Shown: piece after piece, positions 9,761 to 20,042 of the stretch
Position numbering within the stretch: position 1 is the first letter of the stretch
Layout of the letters: each line of letters opens with the position of its first letter
Assembly (NCBI GenBank): GCA_036229005.1
Contig: JAZAMN010000004.1
Span: 96,001-160,000, forward strand
From: Myxococcota bacterium
GTDB lineage: Bacteria > Myxococcota_A > UBA796 > CAJQPC01
Length of the DNA stretch: 64,000 nt
Reading direction: 5' to 3'
Translations under genes and position numbers: made by a program
The notes under the pieces: model-generated
The model's database searches: none
What the model was told of the DNA's origin: nothing
What the model saw: only the letters and a program-made list of their open reading frames with translations

Positions 9761-10534
9761 ATGATCTGGCTGCTCCTGTCCTGCTCCACCCCCGCCGACC
9801 CCAGCCCCACGTCCGCGTGTGAGGGGCTCTACGGGGACCCCAACGAGAACACCGGCCTCAGCGACGCGGAGTGCTGGCCCAGCGTGGGGGAGGGGGAGGG
9901 GGACTGGTCACCTCGCCGATGGGACGATGCGTCACTGCGTGCGCTCGAGCGCTGGTCTCTGGAGGTGGACCCAGAGCCCCTGAGCACCGATCCCTACCTC
10001 TCCGACCCGCCGGCGGCCGAGGGCGTGGTCTGCGCTCTGAGCTTCGGCGAGGACACCTACAGCATGGCCAGCTACCCGAGCGTCGCGGCGGCCCATGAGG
10101 CGGGGGCGGTGATCACCCACGGGGGCGCGTGCGGGCTGTGCTCCAGCCTGGAGGACCTGGCGGTGTACGCGGGCACGCCCGACCTGACCCAGCCGGTGCG
10201 GCAGTGCGGCCTGCAGTCGATGGCCGACGGCGTGGAGGCGGGGCAGGCCTGCCTGGAGGGGCTGGGCTTCACCCCGGCCTGCGCGAGCATCTGGGCGTAC
10301 AACGTGGAGCACACCCGGCAGGAGTGCCAGGACATCTGCCTGTCGCTGCTCTCGGACCCCTACCACCAGGAGGACGGGAGCCTGAACGCCTGCCTGCAGT
10401 GCGACGAGGACGAGTCGGGGCCTGTGTTCAAGGCGGTCGCGGGGCGCACGCGGCGGAACTCGGGGCTGGCCAGCGCGCTGTGCCGACCCTGTGACACAGT
10501 GTGGAGGATCGACCACGACTATCCGGAGCTCTGA
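9761..10534 (+). CDS. Cys-rich hypothetical lipoprotein
   Basis: MIWLLLSC start; THGGACGLCS, CLQCDE..SGPVFK.VAGRTRRNSG. Confidence 0.75.
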   Translation: MIWLLLSCSTPADPSPTSACEGLYGDPNENTGLSDAECWPSVGEGEGDWSPRRWDDASLRALERWSLEVDPEPLSTDPYLSDPPAAEGVVCALSFGEDTYSMASYPSVAAAHEAGAVITHGGACGLCSSLEDLAVYAGTPDLTQPVRQCGLQSMADGVEAGQACLEGLGFTPACASIWAYNVEHTRQECQDICLSLLSDPYHQEDGSLNACLQCDEDESGPVFKAVAGRTRRNSGLASALCRPCDTVWRIDHDYPEL

Positions 10535-10609
10535 GGGGAGGGGGATCGGGGTCCTCAAAAACCTATACAAAGCTTGCACAAGCTGTGTTCGGGGTGTACA
10601 ACCCTCAGC

Positions 10610-13120
10610 ATGCTCCCCCTGCTGCTCAGCGCTGCATTCGCCCAGGAGGCCCCCGCCGATCGGAGCCGCCTGCCCAGCGTGGCCGTCGCGGTCCAGCCGG
10701 TGCATCCGGCCCAGGCGCTGGAGCAGGGGATCTCCTCGCAGGTGCTGCTGGCGCTGCAGATCGACGCCACTGGGCGGGTGCTGGCGGCGGAGGTCGTGGA
10801 GTCCGGGGGCCCTGACTTCGACGACGCGGCCGTGCAGGCGCTGCTGGCCACCACCTTTGTGCCCGCGCTGGACGCCCAGGGGGAGCCGGCGGCTGCGGCG
10901 ATCTACTACCGGGTGGTGTTCGACGTGCAGGCCGCCCCGCCGCTGAGGATGCAGGGGCAGGCCACGCTGGGGCAGCTCCCCTTGAGCGGCGTGCGGATCC
11001 GCGGGGTGGGGCCGGAGGGCGCGCAGGCGCGGGCGGTCACGGACTCGGAGGGCCGCTACGCGCTGGTGGGCCTGGAGCCGGGCCCCTGGGTGCTGTTGGT
11101 CGAGGCCGAGGGTATGGAGCCCATCGTGCGCCAGGTGGAGATCGACGCCGAGTCGGTGGTGGCGCTGGATCTGGCCTTTCAGCCGCAGCTCGCCGCGGAG
11201 CTGGGGGACGAGCCCGGCGAGGTGCTGGTGGTGCAAGCGGCCCGGCTGACCCCGGACATCACGGAGCGGCGGCTCAGCGCCGAGGAGATCGCCTACCTGC
11301 CGGGCAGCTCGGGGGACGTGGTCAAGGCGGTCCAGAACCTGCCGGGCATCGCGCGGGCGCCCCTGGGCATCGGGCAGCTCATCGTGCGCGGGAACGACGC
11401 GGGGGACACGACCTACACGCTGGACGGCTCGCCGATCCCGCTGGTGTTCCACTTCGCGGGGCTGACCTCGGTGGTGCCGGGCCAAGCGCTGGACGAGGTC
11501 GCCTACCTGCCCGGCAACTACGGCGTGCGCTACGGCCGCACCCTGGGCGGCGTGGTGGACCTGCGCACGACCCGGCAGCTCCCGCTGGAGCCCAACCGCA
11601 GCATCAGCGTGGACCTGTACCAGTCCGCCGCGTTCATCCAGCAGCCCATCGGGGACCGCGCCGCCGTGACCGTGGCCGCCCGGCGCTCCTACGCCGACGC
11701 CGTGCTCGGCCCGCTGCTGAACAACGTGGACGGCCTCAAGGTCCAGGCCCCCCGCTACTACGACGCCCAGCTCCGCTTCCAGTACCAGGGGGACGAGGGC
11801 GACTGGGACGTGCTGCTCTTCGCCTCCGACGACCGCTTCCGCTTCCTGGGCCTGAGCGAGGAGGAGGAGGACGAGCTCACCCTGGCGGCCTTCGCGGACC
11901 AGTTCCAGCGGGTGCGGGTGCGCCACCTGTCCACCGTGCGCGGCTGGGAGCTGGAGAACACCGTGGCCTTCGGGCCCGAGAAGCGCTTCTTCGAGTTCGG
12001 CGAGGACTCCGACGCGCTGGAGGAGCGGCTCACCGTCTCCGCCCGCCAGGAGTGGGTGCGCCCGCTGACCCCCGACCGCAGCCTGGGCGCGCGCGTGGGC
12101 CTGGATCTCTTGGGCGGCCAGGAGGGCTTCAACTTCTACGTCCAGGACTTCGGCCCCCGGGAGAAGGACAGCGCCCGCTTCGTCGCCCCCGCGCTCTACG
12201 GGGAGCTGAGCTGGCGCGTGGGCCCGCTGACCCTCATCCCCGGCCTGCGCGCGGACCTGCTGGCCTACGACTCCGGCTACACCGCGACCGCGATCGACCC
12301 CCGGATCGCCGCCCGCGTGCGCATCAGCGACGGCGCCGCCCTCAAGGCCAGCTACGGCCGCTACTCCGCCTTCCCCACCCTGCGCGAGGTCTCCGGGCGC
12401 GCCGACGGGAACCCCGAGCTGGGCCCCCAGCAGTCTCTGCAGGCTTCAGTGGGTTGGGAGCAGCAGCTCCCCTGGGACCTCACCCTCGAGACCACCTTGT
12501 TCTACAACCAGCTCAGCCAGCTCGTGGTCGGCCGCGAGGACAGGCTGGAGTTCTTCACCGGCCCGCCCCCCGTGGGCCCCTTCGACACGGACGCCTACGC
12601 CAACGACGGCGTGGGCCTGGCCTGCGGCGCCGAGCTCATGCTGCGCTACGACGGCCCCAAGACCGTGGGCCTGCTCACCGGCACCTTCTCCCACAGCCAG
12701 CGCCAGGACCGCCCGGACGAGGAGGTCGAGCTCTTCGCCTTCGACCAGCCCATCGTGCTCAACGCCCTGGTCTCCCGCCAGCTCCCCCGCGGTTGGCGCC
12801 TGGGCGCCCGCTACCGCTTCGGCTCGGGCAACCCCTACACCCCCGTGGTCAACCGCTACTACGACGCCAGCTTCCGGGCCTACATCCCCGTCTATGGCGA
12901 GCGCAGCAGCGGCCGGCTCCCCTACTTCACCAGCCTGGATCTGCGGGTGGACAAGGAGTTCACCCTGCGCACGGTTCAGATGACTGCCTTCCTGGAGCTG
13001 CAGAACGCCACCAACCGCGCGAACGTCGAGGTCGTGGGCTGGAACGCCGACTACTCCGCCCAGGACAACATCACCGGCTACCCCACGCTGCCGGTCTTTG
13101 GCTTCAAGGGGGCCTGGTGA
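10610..13120 (+). CDS. TonB-dependent receptor with N-terminal TonB-C and carboxypeptidase-regulatory-like domains
   Basis: TonB-C (LQIDATGRV...FDDAAVQA), plug (VQNLPGI..LIVRG..FHFAG..YGRTLGGVV), C-terminal LDLRVDK...FGFKGAW. Confidence 0.9.
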   Translation: MLPLLLSAAFAQEAPADRSRLPSVAVAVQPVHPAQALEQGISSQVLLALQIDATGRVLAAEVVESGGPDFDDAAVQALLATTFVPALDAQGEPAAAAIYYRVVFDVQAAPPLRMQGQATLGQLPLSGVRIRGVGPEGAQARAVTDSEGRYALVGLEPGPWVLLVEAEGMEPIVRQVEIDAESVVALDLAFQPQLAAELGDEPGEVLVVQAARLTPDITERRLSAEEIAYLPGSSGDVVKAVQNLPGIARAPLGIGQLIVRGNDAGDTTYTLDGSPIPLVFHFAGLTSVVPGQALDEVAYLPGNYGVRYGRTLGGVVDLRTTRQLPLEPNRSISVDLYQSAAFIQQPIGDRAAVTVAARRSYADAVLGPLLNNVDGLKVQAPRYYDAQLRFQYQGDEGDWDVLLFASDDRFRFLGLSEEEEDELTLAAFADQFQRVRVRHLSTVRGWELENTVAFGPEKRFFEFGEDSDALEERLTVSARQEWVRPLTPDRSLGARVGLDLLGGQEGFNFYVQDFGPREKDSARFVAPALYGELSWRVGPLTLIPGLRADLLAYDSGYTATAIDPRIAARVRISDGAALKASYGRYSAFPTLREVSGRADGNPELGPQQSLQASVGWEQQLPWDLTLETTLFYNQLSQLVVGREDRLEFFTGPPPVGPFDTDAYANDGVGLACGAELMLRYDGPKTVGLLTGTFSHSQRQDRPDEEVELFAFDQPIVLNALVSRQLPRGWRLGARYRFGSGNPYTPVVNRYYDASFRAYIPVYGERSSGRLPYFTSLDLRVDKEFTLRTVQMTAFLELQNATNRANVEVVGWNADYSAQDNITGYPTLPVFGFKGAW

Positions 13121-13911
13121 TGCTGCTGTGGCTGCTGGCCTGTGGCGGGATGGGCGACCCCGCGACCACCCTGCGGGACGTGCAGGTTCTGACCATCGCG
13201 TCGGACCCGGGCGTGCTGGGGCCCGGCTCGGTGGGGACCCTGGACACCTTCGTCGCGGATCCGGTGGGCGAGGGGATCGAGCTGCTCCAGTGGCCCTGCA
13301 CCCCAACGTCTGACGGGGAGTGCGCCGAGCACGCCGCCATCCTGGACGGCACCAGCGAGGACTGGCTGGGCCTGACCCGCAGCGACCAGACCACCCTGTC
13401 CGTGGACATCGCCACCCCCGCTGCGCTGCAGCCCCTGCTGGGCCCCGATCCGCTGCCCCTCTGGTCGGTGTGGACGTTGGCCTGTGCCCCCGGCCTGTGC
13501 CCCCTGATGGAGGCCCAAGGGGACACCCTGGTGGAGGGGCTCGCGGACCCCACGGAGCTGCTGGTGGACCTGCCCATCGACGGCGTGAGCCTCACGCGCG
13601 GCTGGGTGTACGGCGCCGCGGAGTCCTCGCCGGCACCCGGGGTGTCGTGCAGTGCGCCGGAGACCGCAGCCCCAGAGGGTGAGGTCCTGGTGTCGTGCAC
13701 CCTGGATGCCCTCCTCGACGACGACTCCGCGCTCTACGGCTACGCGACGGCCGGCGGCTGGGAGGCCCCCTTCGTGGAGACGGGCCTGAGCGGGCCGGTG
13801 GAGTACGCCTGGTACGCCCCGGAGGACCCCGGGACCGTGACGCTCTACGTGGTGGTGGTCGATGCGCGGGGCGGGCAGGGGATCTGGAGCGGCAGCCTGC
13901 GCGTCGAGTAG
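13120..13911 (+). CDS. Lipoprotein partner of the TonB-dependent receptor
   Basis: TGATG coupling; MLLWLLAC; C-terminal LYVVVVDARGGQG. Confidence 0.75.
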   Translation: MLLWLLACGGMGDPATTLRDVQVLTIASDPGVLGPGSVGTLDTFVADPVGEGIELLQWPCTPTSDGECAEHAAILDGTSEDWLGLTRSDQTTLSVDIATPAALQPLLGPDPLPLWSVWTLACAPGLCPLMEAQGDTLVEGLADPTELLVDLPIDGVSLTRGWVYGAAESSPAPGVSCSAPETAAPEGEVLVSCTLDALLDDDSALYGYATAGGWEAPFVETGLSGPVEYAWYAPEDPGTVTLYVVVVDARGGQGIWSGSLRVE

Positions 13912-13915
13912 GGGC

Positions 13916-15655
13916 TCAGGGCCAGGGGAGGGTGGCGCTGAGGGTGGTGCCCACGCCGCGCTCGGACTCCAGGTGGAGCACACCGCCCAGCTCGTGGATC
14001 GCCGCGCCCAGGGCCGCCATGCCGACGCCGCGGCCGGAGGTGTGGGTGATCTCCTCGCGGGTGGAGAAGCCGTCGCTGAGCAGCAGGGCCTCCAGCTCCT
14101 CGGGGGTCTCCGCCGGCAGCCCGTGGGCCTGGGCCTTGGTCCGCACGCGCTCCCAGTCCACGCCGGCGCCGTCGTCGCGTACCCAGATCCGCAGGGCGCC
14201 GGGCTGCCGCGCGACCCCCAGCTCCAGGGTGGGGGGGCCCTTGTCGCCGCGATCCTGGGGCAGCTCGATGCCGTGGTCGACGGCGTTTCGGATGGCGTGG
14301 GACCAGGCGCTCCAGAAGCGCCCCAGGCGGGCGGGGTCGACGCGCAGGCTGTCGCCCTGGGTCTGGAGCTTCAGCGCGCCCTTGCCCAGGCGGTGGGCCA
14401 GGCTCTGGGCCTGCCTTCCCATGCGCTCCAGGCGGCTGCGCAGCGGCTCGTGCTCCCAGGTGTCCAGCAGGGCCAGCAGGGTGTCCGCGGAGGCGCCGGA
14501 CTGGAGCTGGGCGCGCAGGGCCTGGACGTCGGCCGGGGAGACCTGGAGGCGGCGTTGGCTGGAGTTGACCAGCGGCTGCACGCGCTCGCTCAGGCGCTCC
14601 AGGTGGGTGAGGGCGTCGCTGAGCTCCTGGGCGCTGGGGGCCTCGCCGCTGGCGTCGATGAAGCTCTCCAGTTCGTGCAGGTGGTGGGCCAGCACCCCGC
14701 AGCCCATCAGCCCGGCGCTGCCCTTGAGGGTGTGCAGGTCCCGCCGCAGGGTGGGCAGGTCGGGCGGTGCCTGGATGGCGGCGCTGAGGCGCTCGGCCTC
14801 GTCCAGGAAGTCCAGCACGCCGCTGCGGTCGCTCAGGACGTGGTCGACCAGGGCCAGCACCTCCTCCTGGAGGGCCTTGGCGGCGCGGGCCTGCTCGGCG
14901 TCGGTCACGTCGGTCACGACGACCAGCATGCGCTCCCAGTCCTCCCCGCCGATGGGCTGCCAGGCGAACTCCAGGCTGCGGCCGCGCACCTGGGCGCGCT
15001 TGGGGAGCTGCTCCAGCGCGAGCTCCAGGGGCAGCCAGCCGTCGCAGAGGTTCTCCCAGCCCAGCTCCAGCGCGACGCTGAACGCGGGGTCCTGGTCGCT
15101 GAGCCACTCGGGCAGGCGGGTGTCCTCGCTGGGGACCCCCAGCAGCGCATCGGTGGAGACGGACCGGGCTCCGGTGATCTGGGCGGATCGGTCCAGGGTG
15201 AACAGCCCCTGCTCCACCTTGCTCAGGATGCGGGACATCTCCTGGTGGGAGCGGGCCAGGTGGCGCTCGGCCTTCCGCTGCTCGCTGACGTCCATCAGGT
15301 AGGTGTAGAGCACGGGGCGGCCGCTGATGGGGATCGGGACCATCGAGGCCACGAAGTCGCCGACGCTGCCGTCAAAGCGCCGCACCCGCAGGGGGTACTC
15401 GTGCACGTAGCCTTGCTCCCGGATCTTCATGAGCAGGGCCGTCCGGTCCTCGGGGTGCTCATAGAAGTCCAGGGCGGCCTCGCCCTCCATGTTCTCGCCG
15501 CCGCCAAAGACCTGATCCGTCGCGTCGTTGGTGAAGATGACGTGGCTGGTGCTCAGGTCGGTCAGCAGGACGGGGATCGGCGCCTTCACCGCCAGGGTGC
15601 GGTACAGCAGCAGCTCGTCGGGCTCGGGGGGCAGGGCGCGGGCGGCGTTGGACAT
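13916..15655 (-). CDS. PAS-Hpt-HATPase CheA-like histidine kinase, no CheW domain apparent
   Basis: PAS region, LHTLKGSAG (Hpt), HAIRNAVDHGIE, DDGAG, GFST...SGRGVGM. Confidence 0.85.
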   Translation of the reverse strand: MSNAARALPPEPDELLLYRTLAVKAPIPVLLTDLSTSHVIFTNDATDQVFGGGENMEGEAALDFYEHPEDRTALLMKIREQGYVHEYPLRVRRFDGSVGDFVASMVPIPISGRPVLYTYLMDVSEQRKAERHLARSHQEMSRILSKVEQGLFTLDRSAQITGARSVSTDALLGVPSEDTRLPEWLSDQDPAFSVALELGWENLCDGWLPLELALEQLPKRAQVRGRSLEFAWQPIGGEDWERMLVVVTDVTDAEQARAAKALQEEVLALVDHVLSDRSGVLDFLDEAERLSAAIQAPPDLPTLRRDLHTLKGSAGLMGCGVLAHHLHELESFIDASGEAPSAQELSDALTHLERLSERVQPLVNSSQRRLQVSPADVQALRAQLQSGASADTLLALLDTWEHEPLRSRLERMGRQAQSLAHRLGKGALKLQTQGDSLRVDPARLGRFWSAWSHAIRNAVDHGIELPQDRGDKGPPTLELGVARQPGALRIWVRDDGAGVDWERVRTKAQAHGLPAETPEELEALLLSDGFSTREEITHTSGRGVGMAALGAAIHELGGVLHLESERGVGTTLSATLPWP

Positions 15656-15751
15656 GGGATGGCACTCCTCCTGGCCTCCCCAATCGGAACGAACGCGCCA
15701 GAGCGTGAATCCTGTTCACCTGGGCAGGCTGGCGCTGCGCCGCTCAACACG

Positions 15752-15767
15752 GTAACCGATCGGTCAC
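15752..15767. promoter_or_regulatory. Putative TetR operator
   Basis: GTAACCGATCGGTCAC near-perfect palindrome just upstream of the TetR gene. Confidence 0.65.
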
Positions 15768-15792
15768 TGAACCTTCCTTCCCCGGAATCCCG

Positions 15793-16392
15793 GTGCCCCG
15801 CAGCCCTGCCGACAACGCCCGCATGCGGGCCCAGACCCGCCGCGCCCTCTTGGATGCAGCGCTCGAGGTGGCCGCCGAGCGGGGCTTCCACGGCGCCAGC
15901 ATCGCGCGCATCGCGGAGCGGGCGGGGGTCTCCAAGGCCCTGGTCTTCAAGCACTTCGCCAGCAAGGACAAGCTGCTGGAGGCGCTGCTGGAGGCCGGAC
16001 TCCAGGGGGTGGGCCAAGCCTTCTCCAGCGCCCAACAGGCCACCTCTCCCCAGCAGCGGCTGCGGGCGCTGATCGCCCCGGGCTTTGCGTTCGTGCGGGA
16101 GCACCCCCGCTTCTGGCGGCTGATCTCCCAGCTCCGCATGCAGGACGGGGTCCAGCGGGGACTCGGGGCGGCGCTGCCGGCCACCACGCAGGGCATCACC
16201 CGCCAGATCGAGGCGGAGCTGCGGGCCCTGGGCACCCCGGACCCGGAGCTGGACGCGCGGGTGCTCTGGGCCGCCATCGACGGCGCCACCCAGCACTACC
16301 TGCTGGACCCCCAGGGCTACCCCCTGGAGGCCGTCCAGGAGCGCCTGATCGCCATGTACCTGGAGCTGGGCTCCACAGGAGGGACGCAGTGA
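15793..16392 (+). CDS. TetR/AcrR-family regulator
   Basis: GFHGASIARIAERAGVSKALVFKHFASKDKL HTH. Confidence 0.9.
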   Translation: MPRSPADNARMRAQTRRALLDAALEVAAERGFHGASIARIAERAGVSKALVFKHFASKDKLLEALLEAGLQGVGQAFSSAQQATSPQQRLRALIAPGFAFVREHPRFWRLISQLRMQDGVQRGLGAALPATTQGITRQIEAELRALGTPDPELDARVLWAAIDGATQHYLLDPQGYPLEAVQERLIAMYLELGSTGGTQ

Positions 16393-17543
16393 AGCCGATC
16401 ATCGTCGTCGGAGGGGGAATCGGGGGACTGAGCGCCGCGCTGGCGCTGCACCAGGCCGGGCTGCCCGTGCGGGTCTTCGAGCGCACCGCGGAGCTGCGGG
16501 AGGTGGGCGCCGGCCTGGGCGTCTGGATGAACGCCATGCGCGTGCTGGACCGCCTGGGGGTGGGCGCGCGGGTCCGGGAGCTGGCCCGGCCGCTGCAGAT
16601 CGCCGAGTTCGCCTCGTCCACCGGGCGCGTGATCTCGCGCACCAGCATCCAGGAGGCCGTCGGGGACCCCCACGCCGCGAACTTCATCCTGCACCGGGCC
16701 GACCTGCACCGCGTGCTGTTGGAGGCCCTGCCGCTGGGCACCCTCCAGCTCGACGCCCCCTGCGAGTCGGTGGAGCAGGACAACGAGGGCGTGACCCTGA
16801 AGCTCTCCGGCGGCCGGCGGGTCTGGGGCAGCCTCTGCATCGGCGCGGACGGCCTGCACTCCGTGGTCCGCCGCCAGCTCTTCGGCCCCGAGCCCCTGCG
16901 CTACTCCGGCCAGACCTGCTACCGCGGCATCTCGCCCATCGCGCCCCCCGACCCCCAGCTCATCCGCGAGATCCAGGGCCCCGGCCTGCGCGCCGCCATC
17001 TGCCCCATGGACGACCACCGCGTCTACTGGTGGGCCGCCATCAACGCGCCCCAGGGGGAGCAGGAGGCCGAGGAGCAGCGCCGGGATCGCCTGCTCACCA
17101 CCTTCGCGGACTGGCCCTTCTCCCTCCCCAACGTCATCGGCGCCAGCGAGGGCAGGATCCTGCGGAACGATCTGGTGGACCGCAGCCCCCGCAGCCAATG
17201 GGGGAGGGGCCGGGTGAGCCTGCTGGGGGACGCCGCGCACCCCATGCTGCCCAACCTGGGTCAGGGGGCCTGCAGCGCCATCGAGGACGCCCAGGTCCTG
17301 GCCCGCTGCCTGCTCCAGGGGGGCGTGAACGCCACCGCCCTGCGGCGCTACGAGGCCGAGCGGGCGCCGCGGGCCAACGATTTTGTCCGCAAGTCCTGGG
17401 CCTTCGGGATCCCCGTGCGCTGGCGCCGTCCGGGGGCCGTGTGGCTGCGGGAGGCCCTGATGGGGGCGCTGCCCAAGGCCGCGCTGCACCGACAGATCCG
17501 CGACCAGACCGACTTCGACGTGGGCCCGCTGCGCCCGGAGTGA
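16389..17543 (+). CDS. FAD-dependent monooxygenase (salicylate hydroxylase-like)
   Basis: GGGIGG, GADGLHS, LLGDAAHPMLPNLGQGACSAIEDA. Confidence 0.9.
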   Translation: MKPIIVVGGGIGGLSAALALHQAGLPVRVFERTAELREVGAGLGVWMNAMRVLDRLGVGARVRELARPLQIAEFASSTGRVISRTSIQEAVGDPHAANFILHRADLHRVLLEALPLGTLQLDAPCESVEQDNEGVTLKLSGGRRVWGSLCIGADGLHSVVRRQLFGPEPLRYSGQTCYRGISPIAPPDPQLIREIQGPGLRAAICPMDDHRVYWWAAINAPQGEQEAEEQRRDRLLTTFADWPFSLPNVIGASEGRILRNDLVDRSPRSQWGRGRVSLLGDAAHPMLPNLGQGACSAIEDAQVLARCLLQGGVNATALRRYEAERAPRANDFVRKSWAFGIPVRWRRPGAVWLREALMGALPKAALHRQIRDQTDFDVGPLRPE

Positions 17544-17598
17544 GTGGGGCGCTCAGCCCGCCTGGGACCCGGTTAGGGGGCCTCGACCGGAGGCTCCC

Positions 17599-18033
17599 AT
17601 GATCACCTGCACCCGCCGTCTCGAGTGGGACGCCATGCACCGCATCCCCCTGCACGAGTCCAAGTGCCGGGCCTTCCACGGGCACCGCTACGTGGCCGAG
17701 ATCTCCTGCCTGGCCGAGTCCCTGGACCACCTGGGCCGCGTGGTCGACTTTGGCGTGATCAGGGAGAAGGTGGGCGGCTGGATCGACCAGCACTGGGACC
17801 ACACCGCCATCCTGATGGAGGGCGACCCCGAGGCCGGCCCAATCGCTGACGCCAACCTGCGCCTGGGCCGCCCGGTCTACTGGATGAAGACCCACCCCAC
17901 CGCCGAGAACATCGTCCAGGAGCTGGCCGTCAAGGCCCAGGAGCTGCTGGCCGACACCGGCGTCGAGGTCGTGTCCATCCGCCTCTGGGAGACCCCAAAC
18001 GGCTCCGCTGAGTGGCGCAAGCCCGGCGTTTGA
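17599..18033 (+). CDS. queD: 6-carboxytetrahydropterin synthase / 6-pyruvoyl-tetrahydropterin synthase
   Basis: HRI...CRAFHGHRY, VDFG, WDH, PTAENI, LWETP. Confidence 0.85.
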   Translation: MITCTRRLEWDAMHRIPLHESKCRAFHGHRYVAEISCLAESLDHLGRVVDFGVIREKVGGWIDQHWDHTAILMEGDPEAGPIADANLRLGRPVYWMKTHPTAENIVQELAVKAQELLADTGVEVVSIRLWETPNGSAEWRKPGV

Positions 18034-18072
18034 GGCTGGGTTTGCTTTTGATTGTGTTCGCTGGGGCCGCGC

Positions 18073-18987
18073 TCAGCGGGCCAGGCTCAGCAGGCGCCGC
18101 AGGGTCTTGTGCAGCGCCCAGGCGGGCCGCGGGCTGAAGCTCTGCAGGTCGCCGTGGTCCAGCAGGGGCGTCACGCACAGGTGGCTGTCCGGCCAGGCCT
18201 GGTGCAGCGAGCGCGACTGCTCCCAGGGGATCACGCGGTCCCCGGCGCCGTGGAGCAGCAGCACCGGGCAGTCCGGCCGGGCGTGATCCAGGTCCAGCGC
18301 GTCCATGTGCAAGCCGTCGTCGGCCTGGATGCGCTCGGACCAGTGTCGGGAGGGGGCGCAGGTGAGGGCTGCGTAGCGCGCGCGCTGCCCGGGGCTCAAC
18401 GCCTGGAGTGCCTGGTGGAGCTGCGGCCTGCGCTGCAACCCCTCGTCCATCAGCGAGGTCAACAGGGCGGTCATCAGCAGGGTGTCCTCGCCGGTGGAGC
18501 GCAGGTGGTTCACCAGCAGCACGCGGCGCCCATAGCTGTCGGCGGTGGGGTCCTCCATGAGGAAGCGGGCGACCTCCCTCACCCGATGAAAGCCCCCGAT
18601 GGAGACCGCGCAGGCCAGGGTGTTCGGGGTGCGGGCGGCGGCCTGGAGGGCCAGGCCCCCTGAGAAGGACACGGACATCAGCGCGCGCGGGCGCAGGGCC
18701 CGGAGCCAGGCGGCCATGCGGTCCACGCTGCGGGGGTGGATGTGGAAGGCGGCGATGTCGGGCAGGTGGGGCAGCCAGACCTGTAGGCCCTGGGCGGCCA
18801 GGGCGCGGGCCAGGTCCAGCATCCGGGGGTCCTGGTGGGCGCGGGGGGACATGCCGTGGAAGAGCAGCAGGCGCGGCCCCTGACCGAGCCTGAGCGCGGG
18901 GCCCAGGGGGTGGGCGACCGGCGTGGGGGTGCCCGCCGGGGGGCGGGGCAGGTCGAGCATCAGCTTGGTGGCGGCGCGGTGCGTCAT
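18073..18987 (-). CDS. Alpha/beta hydrolase fold protein (start uncertain)
   Basis: LLFHG, SVSFSGG nucleophile-like elbow, VLLLHGAGDRVIP, late His. Confidence 0.6.
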   Translation of the reverse strand: MTHRAATKLMLDLPRPPAGTPTPVAHPLGPALRLGQGPRLLLFHGMSPRAHQDPRMLDLARALAAQGLQVWLPHLPDIAAFHIHPRSVDRMAAWLRALRPRALMSVSFSGGLALQAAARTPNTLACAVSIGGFHRVREVARFLMEDPTADSYGRRVLLVNHLRSTGEDTLLMTALLTSLMDEGLQRRPQLHQALQALSPGQRARYAALTCAPSRHWSERIQADDGLHMDALDLDHARPDCPVLLLHGAGDRVIPWEQSRSLHQAWPDSHLCVTPLLDHGDLQSFSPRPAWALHKTLRRLLSLAR

Positions 18988-19130
18988 GTGTGCATCTACC
19001 CGCGCGCGCGTGACGCCCCGGTGGCTGCAGTGGGACCTTCGACGCCGATGTCCTCGCTGTCGTCGCGGCGTCAACGCGGTGTTTCAGGGCGGGGTGATGA
19101 CGGGGGTGAACCCGCCGCTGGAGCTGTGCC

Positions 19131-20027
19131 ATGAAGCCCATCGCCTCCCCTGTCCCCCCCTCCCTCATCCAAGACGAGCTGGCGCGGCTGCGCCCCGACC
19201 AGATCCTGCTCGAGGACGGCCCGCGGGTCGTCGCCTCCTTCAAGGGCACCGAGCTCCCGCAGCTCATGTACGCCATCGGGCGCATGCGGGAGATCTGCTT
19301 CCGCGCGGTCGGCGAGGGCAGCGGAGAGAGCCTGGACGTGGACCGCTTCGACGCCAGCTACGCGCAGATCGCGGGCTTTGACCGGGAGACCGGCGCGCTG
19401 ATCGGCGGCTACCGGGCCGGCAAGGCGGACGAGCAGATCTCTCGGCACGGGCTGGAGGGGCTCTACACGCACAGCCTCTTCGAGTTCTCGCCGCACTTTG
19501 CGCCCACGCTGCTGCCGAGCGTGGAGCTGGGGCGCAGTTTCGTGGCCCCGGAGTACCAGCGCAGCCTGCACGGCCTGCCGATGCTGTGGCGGGCGCTGGG
19601 CACCTGGTGGGGGCGGCAGCGGGGCTACGGCGGCCTGATGGGGCCGGTGTCGATCGACCGCGGCTACAGCGACGAGAGCATCGAGATGATCCTGGGCTTT
19701 CTGTGGGCCCGCCACCGGCTCCCTGGCGCGGAGACCATGGTGAAGCCGCGCACCCCTTTTGTCCCGCGGGGCGGGCCCTTCCTGGTGGGCGGCAACATGC
19801 CGGACCTGCGCACCCTGGAGAAGCACCTCAAGGCCACCGAGGGGCGGGGCATGCCCGTGCTGCTGCGGCAGTACCTCAAGCTGGGGGCCCGGGTGCTGGC
19901 GTTCAACGTGGATCCGGACTTCCAGGACTGCGTGGACGCGCTGATCCTGGTGGAGATGGACCGCATCCACCCCACCCGCCGGGCGCGCTTTGCGCCCAGC
20001 TACAGCGAGCAGCAGGCGATGTTCTGA
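19131..20027 (+). CDS. GNAT-family lipid N-acyltransferase (OlsB/putative hemolysin-like)
   Basis: IGRMREICFRAVGEG..DVDRFD, ELGRSFV.PEYQ, PVLLRQYLKLG..FNVDPDF..VDALI. Confidence 0.85.
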   Translation: MKPIASPVPPSLIQDELARLRPDQILLEDGPRVVASFKGTELPQLMYAIGRMREICFRAVGEGSGESLDVDRFDASYAQIAGFDRETGALIGGYRAGKADEQISRHGLEGLYTHSLFEFSPHFAPTLLPSVELGRSFVAPEYQRSLHGLPMLWRALGTWWGRQRGYGGLMGPVSIDRGYSDESIEMILGFLWARHRLPGAETMVKPRTPFVPRGGPFLVGGNMPDLRTLEKHLKATEGRGMPVLLRQYLKLGARVLAFNVDPDFQDCVDALILVEMDRIHPTRRARFAPSYSEQQAMF

Positions 20028-20042
20028 GGGGGCGCTCGGGGC

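Noticed and set aside
10567..10583. ACAA direct repeat at 11-bp spacing upstream of the TonB receptor as an OmpR/PhoB-type box
   Set aside because: Match too short to support without comparative data.
17599..18033. queD as part of a 7-deazaguanine DNA-modification (dpd) defence island
   Set aside because: No queC/queE/folE/dpdA neighbours; the context is ordinary chromosomal genes.
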